From: Dehalococcoidia bacterium
GTDB lineage: Bacteria; Chloroflexota; Dehalococcoidia; Plut-88900
Assembly: GCA_965249275.1 (NCBI GenBank)
Contig: CBDFLQ010000006.1
Location: 704,001-768,000 of the forward strand
Direction of reading: 5' to 3'
Length of the DNA: 64,000 nucleotides
In this document: positions 48,176 through 59,105 of the stretch, piece after piece
Numbering within the stretch: the first letter of the stretch is position 1
Layout: each line of letters starts with the position of its first letter
Position numbers and translations under genes: made by a program
The notes under the pieces: generated by a model
What the model saw: the letters and a program-made list of their open reading frames with translations, nothing else
What the model was told of the DNA's origin: nothing
The model's database searches: none

Positions 48176-49020
48176 GTATCTCGTCCGAAAATCGGGTTCC
48201 CCGAGCCATGACCATCGCCGGCTCCGACTCGGGGGGCGGCGCTGGCATCCAGGCCGACCTCAAGACCTTCGCCGCCCTAGGCGTCTACGGAACATCCGTG
48301 ATAACTGCGGTCACCGCCCAGAACACCCTCGCCGTAAACGGCATCGCCGAAATTCCGGCGGACATGGTCTCGGCTCAAATAGACACAGTTATGTCCGACA
48401 TCGGGACCGACGCCTTGAAGACCGGCATGCTCGCCCACAGCGGGATCATTGAGGCCGTCGCCGAGCGAATCCAGGCTCTGGACATGCCCAACGTCGTCGT
48501 AGACCCCGTGATGGTCGCCAAGAGCGGCGACCGCCTCCTCCGGGAAGAGGCGGTGGACGCCTACCGCACCCGTCTCATACCCCGAGCCATGGTCGTCACC
48601 CCCAACATCCCCGAGGCAGAAGCCTTGGTCGGCTTCACCATCGAAACGGATGACGACGTTCACCGTGCCGCCAGGTCTATCGCGAATATGGGAGCCAGAA
48701 ACATAGTCATCAAGGGCGGGCACCGGGAAGGCCCGGTCACGGACGTTCTTTACTCCGAGGGCCGGTTCCACGATTTCACTTCGGCCAGGATAGATTCGAA
48801 GAACACCCACGGCACGGGCTGCACTTTCGCCTCGGCCATCGCTGCGCACTTGGCCCGGGGCTGCTCCGTAGAACAGGCCGTGTTTCACGCCAAGGAATAT
48901 GTCTCGGCGGCGATAGAGACCGCCTTTCCTATAGGCCAGGGACACGGGCCCCTGAATCACTTCCACGCTCTGTGGGGCCCTTTGCAAAACGCTCGTCCCG
49001 TAGAACGAAGTATGAGGTAG
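48172..49020 (+). CDS. thiD: Hydroxymethylpyrimidine/phosphomethylpyrimidine kinase
   Basis: [45 protein letters not shown]. Confidence 0.95.
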   Translation: MSISSENRVPRAMTIAGSDSGGGAGIQADLKTFAALGVYGTSVITAVTAQNTLAVNGIAEIPADMVSAQIDTVMSDIGTDALKTGMLAHSGIIEAVAERIQALDMPNVVVDPVMVAKSGDRLLREEAVDAYRTRLIPRAMVVTPNIPEAEALVGFTIETDDDVHRAARSIANMGARNIVIKGGHREGPVTDVLYSEGRFHDFTSARIDSKNTHGTGCTFASAIAAHLARGCSVEQAVFHAKEYVSAAIETAFPIGQGHGPLNHFHALWGPLQNARPVERSMR

Positions 49021-49150
49021 GCCCTCTCTCTCTGGTTGGGATAGGTCTAGGGCCGTAGGCTCGCCGGGGAGAGTCGAAGACTCGCCGAGGAGAGTGCGGG
49101 GGAAACATATTCCTTCATTGTTTGACTAACCCGCATTGAGGTGGTGGAAG

Positions 49151-50221
49151 ATGATTATCGACAACCATATCCACATATTCCCCGATCAGGCCGGCCCAGA
49201 CGTCGGCCCCGACCCCGCCCGACACGTCGCTCAACTTCAAAAGACCGTAGCCGATTTCTGGGGCAGGATGGTCTCAAGTCACACCGACCCCAAGTTCATT
49301 CCCGAGCCCGAGGAAGACGTCGGTTTCACCGTCGGCAAACATGGTCGATACTACTGGCGTAAACGCGGCGAGGGTTGCTGGCTCCAGCGAGGCCCCGCAT
49401 TCATGGCCAGAATGGAGTCTACACCCGAGCAGATCATTGCCCACATGGACGCCGTCGGCGTGGACATGGCTGTTATACAGGCCGACTACGACTACGTGGA
49501 CTTCGATACCGGCCGCGAGAGCTATTTCCTCGATGCCGTGAGATCACGCCCCGACCGCTTCTTCGCCACTGCCGCCGTCGACTACCGGCTGTCCCACTCC
49601 GACGACTTCCTCCAGGGACAGATCGCCAACCTCACCCACGCAGTGGAGGACTACAGGTTCCGAGCCCTGTTCCTCGGCGGAGAGGCCATCCCCGACCCTC
49701 TCGACGACCCTCGCTGCGACCCCTTATGGCGGGAAACGGTCCGCCTCGGCGTGCCGGCCTACGTCAATACTGGCTTTTGTTCCAGGGTAAAATATCTGGA
49801 GCAGCTCAGGGGCCTCAAATCTGTCCTGGACCGCTTCCCCGACCTCAATGTCATCGACTCCCACGTCGGCGGTAACCTTCTCCACCCCTCCCACCCCGAT
49901 TACGTCGAAACCCCCACCGAGATCTTCTCGCTACTGGAGACCGGTCAGTTCTACCTGGAGGTCGGCTACGTACTCGCCTACGAGGACTACCAAATCTGGG
50001 GCCCCGACTCCCTATATCCCTACCCCCAGCACTCGAAAATCATCCAGGAAGTCTACAAGCGCTTCGGGCCCATGATGGTCTGGGGGTCGGACCTGCCCTG
50101 GTGCTACCGCACCTGCACCTACCAGCAGAACGTTGACTTGGTCCGTCTCCACACCCCCTACATGACCGACAAGGACCGCGAGCTGGTCCTCGGCGGCAAC
50201 CTCTCCCGTCTTCTGGCCTGA
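49151..50221 (+). CDS. Amidohydrolase_2 family protein (related to 11325..12461)
   Basis: MIIDNHIH, HMDAVGVD, WGSDLP, VLGGN. Confidence 0.85.
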   Translation: MIIDNHIHIFPDQAGPDVGPDPARHVAQLQKTVADFWGRMVSSHTDPKFIPEPEEDVGFTVGKHGRYYWRKRGEGCWLQRGPAFMARMESTPEQIIAHMDAVGVDMAVIQADYDYVDFDTGRESYFLDAVRSRPDRFFATAAVDYRLSHSDDFLQGQIANLTHAVEDYRFRALFLGGEAIPDPLDDPRCDPLWRETVRLGVPAYVNTGFCSRVKYLEQLRGLKSVLDRFPDLNVIDSHVGGNLLHPSHPDYVETPTEIFSLLETGQFYLEVGYVLAYEDYQIWGPDSLYPYPQHSKIIQEVYKRFGPMMVWGSDLPWCYRTCTYQQNVDLVRLHTPYMTDKDRELVLGGNLSRLLA

Positions 50222-50260
50222 TCACCAATCCATCCTCCGTCTCCCTCTCCTTTATTGCCC

Positions 50261-50914
50261 GCAGGGACGGTTCGCGAACCGTCCCCCGGCCACTCACCCC
50301 AATCCCCGCCAACCGACCATTTACCGTCATTCCGAGGCCCCACAAGGAATCTAGGGCTAGCCCCAGCACCTCTCCTTCCTGGTTCGCTAGGCCCTTCTTT
50401 ATTGTGATAGCATGACGGTACTATGACCACCACTGCCGACGTAACCCAAGTCTTTGCCGACGCCCGAGCAATGTACTCCGCCGCCCTCTCCCGACTAGCC
50501 GAAGGAGACATCAGAGACGCATCTGAAAAGGCGTGGTGTGCCGTCAAACGGGCCACAGACGCCCTAGTGCTTGCCCACACTGGCGAATTACCGGAACGTT
50601 CGACGGATACAGGTAGCAGTCTGCGAAGAATCGCTAAAACAGAACCGCCAGCGCGTTCGCTCAAAGCCCGCTACTACGAACGCCAGGGCACTTTGCACGG
50701 AGAGTGCTTCTATATCGGCCTCTGTGAACCCACCGAAGATACCGAGCGGCTGATCAGCGAGACCATAGATTACATCCAGGACGCCGAAGCCTTGGCACAA
50801 GTGTGACTTAACCGTCCCAGTCTCCCACCATTTGCTTCCCGGTAGGGGCGGTTCGCAAACCGCCCCCAACCCGCTCACCCTAATCCCAGCCAATCGACCC
50901 TTCACTGTCATTCC
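50261..50914 (+). repeat. Imperfect ~73-bp direct repeats (50261-50333, 50842-50914) starting with a GTAG-type REP
   Basis: G(C/T)AGGG(A/G)CGGTTCGC(G/A)AACCG.CCCC...CTCACCC.AATCCC.GCCAA.CGACC.TT.AC.GTCATTCC; a related REP occurs at ~23296. Confidence 0.7.
50423..50806 (+). CDS. PaREP1/HEPN-like helical protein
   Basis: GDIRDASEKAW and LHGECFY motifs. Confidence 0.65.
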   Translation: MTTTADVTQVFADARAMYSAALSRLAEGDIRDASEKAWCAVKRATDALVLAHTGELPERSTDTGSSLRRIAKTEPPARSLKARYYERQGTLHGECFYIGLCEPTEDTERLISETIDYIQDAEALAQV

Positions 50915-51106
50915 ACCCCCACCCCGTCTCCCGAAATCCAGCCTATCCATCCCCTCCTCCCTCTATAAGGAAATAATGATGGCAGGTGGGGTCCCGATTT
51001 ATTCTTGGGGTGGGGGGATGATAGTTTTTCACCCTCACGTTAGACACTCCCACACCCCTCGGCTATAATTGACCCTCAAGAAATCCTGTTATCCGGGGAG
51101 GCGGGC

Positions 51107-51358
51107 CTGAGAGTCAACACCCGATTCTTTGCCATTTACCGGGAACGGGCCGGGCTCAAGGAGGAGGACCTCCACCTCGATGAAGGCGCAACCTCCGCCC
51201 GACTCGTGGAGCGGCTCTCGGAGTTGCACCCGGGCCTGTTCGAAGGTGGGGGAAGGCTCGTGGTGGCCGTCAACGGGGAGTACGTCCCCATGGACCATGT
51301 CCTAGCCGACGGCGACGAGGTTGCCCTGATACCGCCCGTGAGCGGAGGCCGAAGTTGA
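51107..51358 (+). CDS. moaD: Molybdopterin synthase sulfur carrier MoaD (CTG start; ends GG-RS)
   Basis: GGAGG-N5-CTG reads LRVNTRFFAIYRERAG..VAVNGEYV..GDEVALIPPVSGGRS-stop; absent from the ORF track. Confidence 0.85.
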   Translation: MRVNTRFFAIYRERAGLKEEDLHLDEGATSARLVERLSELHPGLFEGGGRLVVAVNGEYVPMDHVLADGDEVALIPPVSGGRS

Positions 51359-51795
51359 TCAAGATAACCGAACAACCCATCGATGCCGCCGAGTTCATCG
51401 CCGCAGTCAACCGGAAGGAGAACGGCGGCCTCGCCGTCTTCCTGGGCACGGTGCGCGACTTCACTGGCCCGACCCGCCTCGCCTACATGGAATACGACGC
51501 CTACAAGGAAATGGCCGAGAAGAAGATGGCGCAGATCGTACATGAGGCCCGGGCCCGCTGGGACACCCCGGACATCGCCGTGGCTCACCGATTCGGGCGG
51601 CTGGAGCTGACCGAGCCCAGCGTCATCATCGCCGTCGGCACACCCCACCGCTCCGAGGCCTTCGAGGCCTGCAGATACGTCATCGACCGCATAAAAGAGG
51701 AAGTCCCCATCTGGAAGAAAGAGGTGGACGAGCACGGGCAGGGTGAGTGGGTCGAGGGTTGTGTGCCGTCCGTCAGAGAACCCGTTTCCCATTAG
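51355..51795 (+). CDS. moaE: Molybdopterin synthase catalytic subunit
   Basis: FLGTVR, EYDAY, HRFGRL, PHR, IDRIKEEVPIWKKE. Confidence 0.94.
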   Translation: MIKITEQPIDAAEFIAAVNRKENGGLAVFLGTVRDFTGPTRLAYMEYDAYKEMAEKKMAQIVHEARARWDTPDIAVAHRFGRLELTEPSVIIAVGTPHRSEAFEACRYVIDRIKEEVPIWKKEVDEHGQGEWVEGCVPSVREPVSH

Positions 51796-51948
51796 GAGGA
51801 CTTTGCTTCAGTCCGCAGTGGGGACGGGGCCGCACGTGCTGTCAAAGATCCGCCTGCGGAGGAAGCCCGTCGAAGTATGAGCGGGGGGCTGGGGTTATTC
51901 AAATAGTCAAAGTGTTGTAACCTGTGACCTCGCAAAGGTCCCATTAGC

Positions 51949-52040
51949 GGAGGGATCGCATAGTGGTCTAGTGCGGGCGCCTGCTAAGCGCTTATCTGGG
52001 GAAACCTGGATCGTGGGTTCGAATCCCACTCCCTCCGCCA
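51949..52040 (+). tRNA. tRNA-Ser(GCT)
   Basis: GGAGGGA/TCCCTCC acceptor stem, anticodon loop CT-GCT-AA, long variable arm, GTTCGAATCC, 3' GCCA. Confidence 0.95.
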
Positions 52041-52088
52041 TCCACGCTCAGAGAGTCAGGTTTATAGCATCGATTAGGAAATTATGCC

Positions 52089-53222
52089 TTGAGTACCACA
52101 GTACTGATAATCGGACTTGGCGACGTGGGCGCATGGGCGCTGGAGTTCCTGGCTCGGGAGCCGGGAATCGGCGCCATAGCCGTTGCCGACCTGCGCGCCG
52201 ACTGGGGACGATACCGCACCAATCTCGCTGCCATCGGCGCGTCCATGAACGGCCATGACAAGTCCTTCGTATTCCACCCTGTCGATCTAAGCGACGTGTC
52301 CCAGACTGCGGCGGTCCTCGCCGACGTCAAGCCGGACGTGGTGATCAACGTATCATCTCTGCTTTCTCCCAGGTCCGTTACCGAACAGCTATCTCGAGTT
52401 CCGGGCGAGGCCGGAGAGCAGGCCCGGGCGGCCTTAACCATCGGGGCACAGCTGCCCTGGCACCTTGCTCCCGCCTACAACGTGATGAAGGCTCGGGATA
52501 GCGCCACACCCGAAACACCCGTAGTCAACGTATCCTTTGCCGACGTGGTAAACCCGATGCTCTGGAGCGCGGGGCTCGGGGCGGTGTGCGGGGCGGGAAA
52601 CTGCGAGCATCTGGCCTACGAGATACGCCGAACTGTCGCCGCCGACCACGAGTGTGCCTCCGACGCCGTTCAGGTCTTCCTTGTGAGCGGCGGCAGCGCC
52701 ATGCTCCACGCCGGGCCCAGCAAGATGCCCTATTTTCTCAAGCTCACCGTTGACGGCAAGGACGTCACATCCAACTACGACCCGAAATCGCTCATCGAGG
52801 CGGCTATCCGAAGCCGTTTCTTCCCCGTCGAAGGATACCCACCCCTGTTCCCTACTCCTGCCGCCTCGGCGGTAAAGAATGCCCTTGCGATTGCTCAGGA
52901 CAGCCGGGAGCTTATGACTGTGAATTCACCACTTGGGCTGCCGGGCGACTATCCGGCCAGGCTTGGGACATACGGCGCAGAGCTGGTTCTTCCTGAAGAG
53001 TTATCTCGGGGGGAAGCGGAAAGGATCGGTCGAGCGGCTCTTCCCGTCTTCGGAATCTCCGAAGTGCAGGGAGACGGCTCTGCCTTATATTCCGAGGAGA
53101 CCCGAGGCCGCCTAAAAGACCTCTTAGACTACGATTGTCCCAGCATCCACCCCTCGGAGGCGTGGCCTCGAGCGCGGGAGCTGATGCAGGCGTATCGGCG
53201 CTTTCTTGAGCGCGTGACCTAG
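52089..53222 (+). CDS. NAD(P)-binding oxidoreductase (saccharopine-DH/LDH-MDH-like), substrate unknown
   Basis: N-terminal IIGLGDVG Rossmann motif; NVSFADVVNP; PLGLPGDYP. Confidence 0.65.
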   Translation: MSTTVLIIGLGDVGAWALEFLAREPGIGAIAVADLRADWGRYRTNLAAIGASMNGHDKSFVFHPVDLSDVSQTAAVLADVKPDVVINVSSLLSPRSVTEQLSRVPGEAGEQARAALTIGAQLPWHLAPAYNVMKARDSATPETPVVNVSFADVVNPMLWSAGLGAVCGAGNCEHLAYEIRRTVAADHECASDAVQVFLVSGGSAMLHAGPSKMPYFLKLTVDGKDVTSNYDPKSLIEAAIRSRFFPVEGYPPLFPTPAASAVKNALAIAQDSRELMTVNSPLGLPGDYPARLGTYGAELVLPEELSRGEAERIGRAALPVFGISEVQGDGSALYSEETRGRLKDLLDYDCPSIHPSEAWPRARELMQAYRRFLERVT

Positions 53223-53252
53223 ATCTTCCGGCTCCAACAACACTCGAAGAAC

Positions 53253-54512
53253 ATGCTGAATTGGGCCCGTAGGATAGACCGTAGTTGGCTAGTGCTAGCC
53301 ACTGCCTTCGTGGTTATCTTCTTCAACAGCGGGTCTCGGATGGCTTTCGGTGTAGTGCTCAAGCCTCTTGAAGCGGACTTGGGCTGGAGTCGGGGCCCTC
53401 TTTCCCTGGTGCAGACCACTTATATGGTGGTCTCGGCACTTACTATGCCGCTGGCGGGGCGTTTCGCAGACAGGTACGGCTTTCGGCTGATCATTGCGGC
53501 TTTTGTTCTGGTCATGGCCGCGGGCGCCGGATTCACCGGATTCGTGAAAGCCCCGTGGCAGCTTTTCCTGCTCTACGGGGTGGTATTTGCGGTCGGGAGC
53601 GGGGGCTCGAACCTGGGCGTCATGATCGTCCTGGTGAGCCGCTGGTTCCCGAACAATCCGGGCAAGGCCAATAGCACTGCAATTACCGGCGGCGCCATAG
53701 GACAGCTGGTAATAATCTCGCTATTGTCGTCCGTTCTGCTCGACTGGGGCTGGCGGACCTCATACATGATCATTGGGTTGATGATACCCACCCTCAGTGT
53801 GCCGATGACCTTGGCCTTCATCCGCTCCCGTCCCAAAGTGCAAGAGGCCACCGGGCCGGCAGAGAAAGCAAACCAGAGTGCGGAAAGTCGACCTCCCGAA
53901 ACCGGCATCGCCTACAAACAGGTTGTAACCTCCCGGAAGTTCCTCACACTGATATTCATGTTATCCATCTGCGGCTTCCAGGACTTCCTTGTCAGCACGC
54001 ATATCGTCGCCTTTGCAACCGACCAGGGACTCACCCCATTTCTGGCCGGCAATTTGCTGGCGATTATGGGAGTAATGGGAATGTTCGGGGTGCTGGTCTC
54101 GGGGTACCTTTCCGATGCCTTTGGGCCTGGCAAGCCCTCCGGGGTGTGCTTCCTAATAAGAATCGTGATCTTCGCCCTGGTTGTGACTTCCACCTCCCCC
54201 GCGGCTGTTATCGTCTTCGGCCTTCTTTACGGGTTCACCTTCCTTATGACCGCCCCCCTCGCCCCGATATACTTGGCTCGTGGATTCGGAGTCAGAAATC
54301 TGGGAGCGCTCACTGGGACAGCCAACATGGTGCACCAGATGTCGGGGGGGTTGGGCGCTTTCATAGGCGGGCTGATGTTCGACAATAGCGGCGACTATCA
54401 AGATGTTTGGCTCCTGGCATTGATACTCTCGGTAGTCGGGTATGTCTCTGTATTCGCGATCCGGGATCGGCCCTTTATATCGATACCCTCTCCCAAGCTG
54501 GAGGAGGGGTAG
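53253..54512 (+). CDS. MFS transporter
   Basis: About 12 hydrophobic segments; motif A GRFADRYGFR. Confidence 0.9.
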   Translation: MLNWARRIDRSWLVLATAFVVIFFNSGSRMAFGVVLKPLEADLGWSRGPLSLVQTTYMVVSALTMPLAGRFADRYGFRLIIAAFVLVMAAGAGFTGFVKAPWQLFLLYGVVFAVGSGGSNLGVMIVLVSRWFPNNPGKANSTAITGGAIGQLVIISLLSSVLLDWGWRTSYMIIGLMIPTLSVPMTLAFIRSRPKVQEATGPAEKANQSAESRPPETGIAYKQVVTSRKFLTLIFMLSICGFQDFLVSTHIVAFATDQGLTPFLAGNLLAIMGVMGMFGVLVSGYLSDAFGPGKPSGVCFLIRIVIFALVVTSTSPAAVIVFGLLYGFTFLMTAPLAPIYLARGFGVRNLGALTGTANMVHQMSGGLGAFIGGLMFDNSGDYQDVWLLALILSVVGYVSVFAIRDRPFISIPSPKLEEG

Positions 54513-54597
54513 CAGAAACCATACGCCTTATTCCGACTTAATGGACAGGTCATAGCCTGTCAGATATCATAATCGCCGCTCATCAAAGGAGCCTAAA

Positions 54598-55761
54598 ATG
54601 AAAATTCACGAATATCAGGCCAAGAGCCTGCTAGCCCAGTACAAAATCCCTGTACCCGAGGGTCGCGCTGCCGAGACCCCGGAGGAAGCTGCCGAGATCG
54701 CCCGAGAACTCGGGGGGCGTGTCGTAGTTAAAGCCCAGGTCCACGCCGGGGGCCGGGGCAAGGCGGGGGGTATAAAGGTAGCCGATTCGCCGGAGGAGGC
54801 AGCGGCCCACGCTAAGTCGCTGCTAGGGACCCGGCTCGTCACCCATCAGACCACTGCGGAAGGCGTACTCATCGGGAAAGTGCTTGTCGAAAAGGCTGCG
54901 CCGGAGGGTAAGGAGCTGTACGTCGGAATCGTCATCGACGGATCGGCAGGCGTGCCGGTGATCATGGCCAGCGAGGCGGGAGGCATGGAGATAGAGGAGG
55001 TCGCAGCGGCCACTCCTGAGAAGATACTCAAGGAGGGGGTCGACCCAACCATCGGGCTTCAGCCCTTCCAGGGTCGGCGCCTAGCCTACGGTCTCGGGCT
55101 TGGGGATAAGCAGGTCCGGCCAGCCGGGGCCATATTCTCAGGGTTGTACCGGCTAATGCGGGAGAAGGGATGCTCGCTTGTCGAGATTAACCCTTTGCTA
55201 GTGACGGGAGACGGGTCATTGATTGCCCTGGACGCCAAAGTTGACTTTGACGATGATGGCCTTTTCCGCCACCGCGACGTACAAGACCTGCGAGATGATT
55301 CCCAGGAAGACCCCCTCGACGTACAGGCCAACGAATATGACATCAACTACATCAAGCTGGACGGCGACGTGGGCTGTATGGTCAACGGGGCGGGCCTCGC
55401 GATGGCGACCATGGACATTATCCAGCTTCTCGGGGCTGCTCCGGCCAACTTTTTGGACGTGGGCGGCGGCGCCAATGAAGAGAAAATCGCCCAGGCCTTC
55501 AAGCTCCTGGTGTCGGACCCCAAGGTGAAGAAGGTGCTGGTAAACATCTTCGGCGGCATCCTTCGCTGCGACGTGGCTGCCCGAGGCATTGTGGCAGCGG
55601 CCAGGGAGGTCGACGTGGATATGCCGGTGGTAGTGAGGATGAGGGGGACTAACGTCGATGAGGGTCGGCAGATTCTCGAAGAGTCGGGGCTGAACATAGC
55701 CTTCGTACCCGACCTCCAAGGCGCCGCCCAGAGGATAGTTGCCGCCCAGAGCTCCCGCTAA
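54598..55761 (+). CDS. sucC: Succinate--CoA ligase beta subunit
   Basis: MKIHEYQAK, KAQVHAGGRGKAGG, EINPL, NGAGLAM, NFLDVGGG, NIFGGI. Confidence 0.96.
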   Translation: MKIHEYQAKSLLAQYKIPVPEGRAAETPEEAAEIARELGGRVVVKAQVHAGGRGKAGGIKVADSPEEAAAHAKSLLGTRLVTHQTTAEGVLIGKVLVEKAAPEGKELYVGIVIDGSAGVPVIMASEAGGMEIEEVAAATPEKILKEGVDPTIGLQPFQGRRLAYGLGLGDKQVRPAGAIFSGLYRLMREKGCSLVEINPLLVTGDGSLIALDAKVDFDDDGLFRHRDVQDLRDDSQEDPLDVQANEYDINYIKLDGDVGCMVNGAGLAMATMDIIQLLGAAPANFLDVGGGANEEKIAQAFKLLVSDPKVKKVLVNIFGGILRCDVAARGIVAAAREVDVDMPVVVRMRGTNVDEGRQILEESGLNIAFVPDLQGAAQRIVAAQSSR

Positions 55762-55773
55762 GGGATTATACAA

Positions 55774-56652
55774 ATGAGCATTCTAGTAGACTACAATACA
55801 CGGTTGATGGTCCAGGGCATCACCGGCAGAGACGGCAGCTTTCACGCCATGCGCTGCCGAGACTACGGCACGAACCTGGTGGCCGGGGTGACTCCGGGAA
55901 AGGGAGGCACGGACGTGGAGGGTGTGCCGGTGTACAACTCCGTTTCCCAAGCCGTTGCCGAGACAGGTGCGAATGTCGCCCTGATTTTCGTTCCCGCCCC
56001 TTTCGCTGCGGACGCTATCCTGGAGTCTGCCGATGCGGGAGTGCCCCTAATCATCGCCATCACCGAGGGGCTACCCGTGCTGGACATGGTCAATGTGGGC
56101 AAGTATCTGAAGGACAAGGCCGTCCGCCTGATCGGCCCCAACTGCCCAGGAGCGATATCCCCCGGGTCCAAGGCCAAGGTGGGAATCATGCCGGGCAACA
56201 TACACATGGCCGGTCGAGTCGGCATCGTGTCACGGAGCGGCACCCTTACCTACGAGGCCGTCGCTCAGTTGACCGAGCTCGGGATTGGTCAGTCAACGTG
56301 TGTGGGGATTGGGGGAGACCCGATAATCGGGTCTGACTTCGTGGAGATCCTCGGCCTTTTCCAAGGGGACGACGAAACCGAAGCCATAGTGATGATAGGC
56401 GAGATAGGCGGGTCTCGGGAGCAGGAGGCAGCAGCCTTCATCAAGAGCAACGTGACCAAGCCGGTGGTCTCGTTTATCGGAGGGGCTACCGCACCTCTCG
56501 GGCGACGGATGGGTCATGCCGGGGCCATAATCACCGGCGAGAGCGGCACTGCAAAAGCAAAGGCAGAAGCGTTGAGCGATGCTGGGGCCACGATAGCCTA
56601 TAGTCCTGCGGAGATCGGGATCACGATGCAAAGGGTGCTTAACTCCCGCTAA
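55774..56652 (+). CDS. sucD: Succinate--CoA ligase alpha subunit
   Basis: [32 protein letters not shown]. Confidence 0.96.
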   Translation: MSILVDYNTRLMVQGITGRDGSFHAMRCRDYGTNLVAGVTPGKGGTDVEGVPVYNSVSQAVAETGANVALIFVPAPFAADAILESADAGVPLIIAITEGLPVLDMVNVGKYLKDKAVRLIGPNCPGAISPGSKAKVGIMPGNIHMAGRVGIVSRSGTLTYEAVAQLTELGIGQSTCVGIGGDPIIGSDFVEILGLFQGDDETEAIVMIGEIGGSREQEAAAFIKSNVTKPVVSFIGGATAPLGRRMGHAGAIITGESGTAKAKAEALSDAGATIAYSPAEIGITMQRVLNSR

Positions 56653-56749
56653 CACTCTGCATCAGCTAGTCCATTGGGAGTGGCAGAGTTCCCTCTGTTG
56701 ATAGGCACTAGCCAATCTGCTATCTTTTTAGTCCGCGATTCGCTTAAGT

Positions 56750-56827
<78 letters not shown>

Positions 56828-56984
56828 ATCCTTTCTTTCCCTGCCCATCATTGTCCCAGAACATCCTTAATTTATAGCTGGGTGATGCTTATTGGGTGCC
56901 CAGACGCGCCACCTGTTCCCCCCAATTTCCCGCCTCGGCTATGGTAATAAACGTGGGAAAAAGTCGTTACTTAGAGGGACATCT

Positions 56985-57125
56985 ATGACACTATCGGAAA
57001 CAGGGGTTAAGGCCCTATAGGAACCGGGCGATATTCCGATGTCGGAGGATTGCATCTTTACATCAGCAAAGCGGGACGCAAGTCGTGGGTTCTGCGCATT
57101 ACCGTCGACGGGCGCCGAGACATGG
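56985..57125 (+). pseudogene. Fragment of a P4-type tyrosine integrase (arm-DNA-binding domain)
   Basis: MTLSETGVKAL-stop-EPG, frameshift, YSDVGGLHLYISKAGRKSWVLRITVDGRRDM; immediately downstream of the tRNA. Confidence 0.75.
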
Positions 57126-57482
57126 TTTTGTGAGCTCGATGGGATCGTTGACAGCGTTCATGAGTGAGACTACCATGGTCCTCATCGAGGGTAGTACTTC
57201 GTTTAGGCTCAGGCAGTTTGGTATGGGTTAGAGCGGTAAGGGAACGGGCGGATTCAACGTCGCTAGCATAGGGCTGTCGACACACCGATAATCTCCTCAG
57301 ACTGCCTAACCACTCTCCAGAAGAACGCACCGTTCACTGTAGCTCCTAACTCCAGGCCATTGGGAGTATGGAAAGCTGGGAGGTGGGATATGGGTGTCCT
57401 GTAGTTCATAGGTGACCCCCGCTTATCTTTCGTTGCGCGCGCTTGGCACGAGACACGATAACTTTCAGGGAAAGGCAGACTC

Positions 57483-58853
57483 ATGAGATTTTTTGGGCGT
57501 TCAGTCAGAAGAGGACCGACCTGGCAAAGGACTGCGATCTTAGTACTCGGGGTCTTGGCTTTGTCCCTACTTATAGCGGTCGCCTGTGGAGAGACTTCCA
57601 CGCCGACTCCGGCGCCCGAGCCCGCCACTTCCGTGCCATCCACCGCAGTTTCCCAACCCACGGCTACAGCGGTGCCCGCTCAGGTGGTGACAGCCACGCT
57701 TGAGCCTCCCACGGAACCAGAGGTGACAATCAGGGCAAGAGATGAATGGACGGTAGAGAACCCGGCAACGCTGGCGGAGATAGAAGCTGAGCTGGAGAAA
57801 CACCGGGGCGAAAGCATCGTAATTGTCGGCCCGGGAGGCGCCTACCAGGCTGCAATGAGACAGGCCTATTTCATACCTTTAGCGGAGAAATTCGGTATCG
57901 AGGTAGTCGAGGATAGCCCCAACAAGACGCCAGCCCAGTGGGTGACCGCTGCAGAGACGGGCAACATAGTGTGGGATGTGTCAGCCCACGGCGTTGCAGA
58001 TGCTGTAGCTCTCATCAAAACCGACACCCTGGAGGAGTTGGACTTGAGCGTGGTAGATATCAGGGACCTGTTAGACCCCATTCGAAACCTCTCTCCATAC
58101 ATGGGTGGTGGAGAGGTCACATGGTCAATCGTCCTGGCTTACAACACCGAAGTCTACCCCGGGGATAGCGGGCCCAAGACCTGGGCCGACTTTTTCGATG
58201 TGGAGAAATTCCCCGGCCGCCGGGGCCTGCGGAATGCGGTGGCGTGGGGAGGTCAAATCCAGATCGCCAGGCTAGCCCGCGAACCCGAGCTGTTGAATTC
58301 TCCAGAGGGCAAAGAGGCTGCCAACACACCGAGCAGAGAGCAAATAGAGGAAGATTTCGCCTGGTTTGCCGATTGGGTTGACGACGAAGACAGCGACATA
58401 GTGTATTGGAGCAGTGGCTCAGACTGTCCCCAGATGCTTATCGCCGGAGAGGTCGACATGTGCTCTGCCTGGAACGGTCGAATCTTTGATGCGGTGGAAG
58501 GTGAAGGCGCTCCCTTGGGCATCTGCTGGGAATGCGGCCACATCATTAATATAAGCGGGTGGGACATGGTCAACGGCATGAAGGAGTTGCATCCCGAAAG
58601 GTACGAGTTGGGCAACCTGGTCATCGCCTGGGTAACCTTCGCCGAGATCAACGTTGAGATGTCCAAATACATCTCATATGGGCCGGTCAACCGGAAAGCC
58701 ATACCATTGTTGGACGACCCTGCCTTTGACGATGTACGAGACGAGCTGCCCACCTCGGCGGCAAACGCCCCCTACGGAATCATCCTGGATGAGGTCTATT
58801 TGGGAGAAATTCTGGACTGGGCTGAGGAGATGTACATCACCGCAACCCAGTAG
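57483..58853 (+). CDS. Orphan ABC substrate-binding lipoprotein (paralog of 21303..22613)
   Basis: Lipobox IAVAC; PATL.E.EAELEKHRGES, WADFFDVEKFPGRR, NGRI, YGPVN shared with the paralog. Confidence 0.85.
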   Translation: MRFFGRSVRRGPTWQRTAILVLGVLALSLLIAVACGETSTPTPAPEPATSVPSTAVSQPTATAVPAQVVTATLEPPTEPEVTIRARDEWTVENPATLAEIEAELEKHRGESIVIVGPGGAYQAAMRQAYFIPLAEKFGIEVVEDSPNKTPAQWVTAAETGNIVWDVSAHGVADAVALIKTDTLEELDLSVVDIRDLLDPIRNLSPYMGGGEVTWSIVLAYNTEVYPGDSGPKTWADFFDVEKFPGRRGLRNAVAWGGQIQIARLAREPELLNSPEGKEAANTPSREQIEEDFAWFADWVDDEDSDIVYWSSGSDCPQMLIAGEVDMCSAWNGRIFDAVEGEGAPLGICWECGHIINISGWDMVNGMKELHPERYELGNLVIAWVTFAEINVEMSKYISYGPVNRKAIPLLDDPAFDDVRDELPTSAANAPYGIILDEVYLGEILDWAEEMYITATQ

Positions 58854-58915
58854 CAAAGAGCAGGTCCAAACTAGAATAAGTAGAAGCTGTTGACATCGAA
58901 CACAACCGGCTTGGC

Positions 58916-58954
58916 TTCATCGTATCCTGCCTGAGAACGGCAGGATACGATGAA
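58916..58954. terminator. Perfect 16-bp hairpin after the SBP gene
   Basis: TTCATCGTATCCTGCC-tgagaac-GGCAGGATACGATGAA. Confidence 0.55.
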
Positions 58955-59105
58955 TGACCTGCAGGGTCATATCGCCTGATAGCCACATCGACTGGGGATG
59001 ATGCCTCACGATGAGTTCATGTCTAACGCGCCGCCGCATTTGAAGGCTAAAATCCCGAGGGTGGTCGAGAGTGATGAAGGTCCTTTGTGGGTTGAGGGGA
59101 TCTAG
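58954..59105 (+). pseudogene. 5' fragment of an amidohydrolase gene
   Basis: MTCRVISPDSHID, frameshift, then PHDEFMSNAPPHLKAKIPRVVESDEGPLW, then stop. Confidence 0.6.

Noticed and set aside
51949-52040. Long-variable-arm tRNA as tRNA-Sec
   Set aside because: Anticodon is GCT with a 7-bp acceptor stem, i.e. an ordinary tRNA-Ser.
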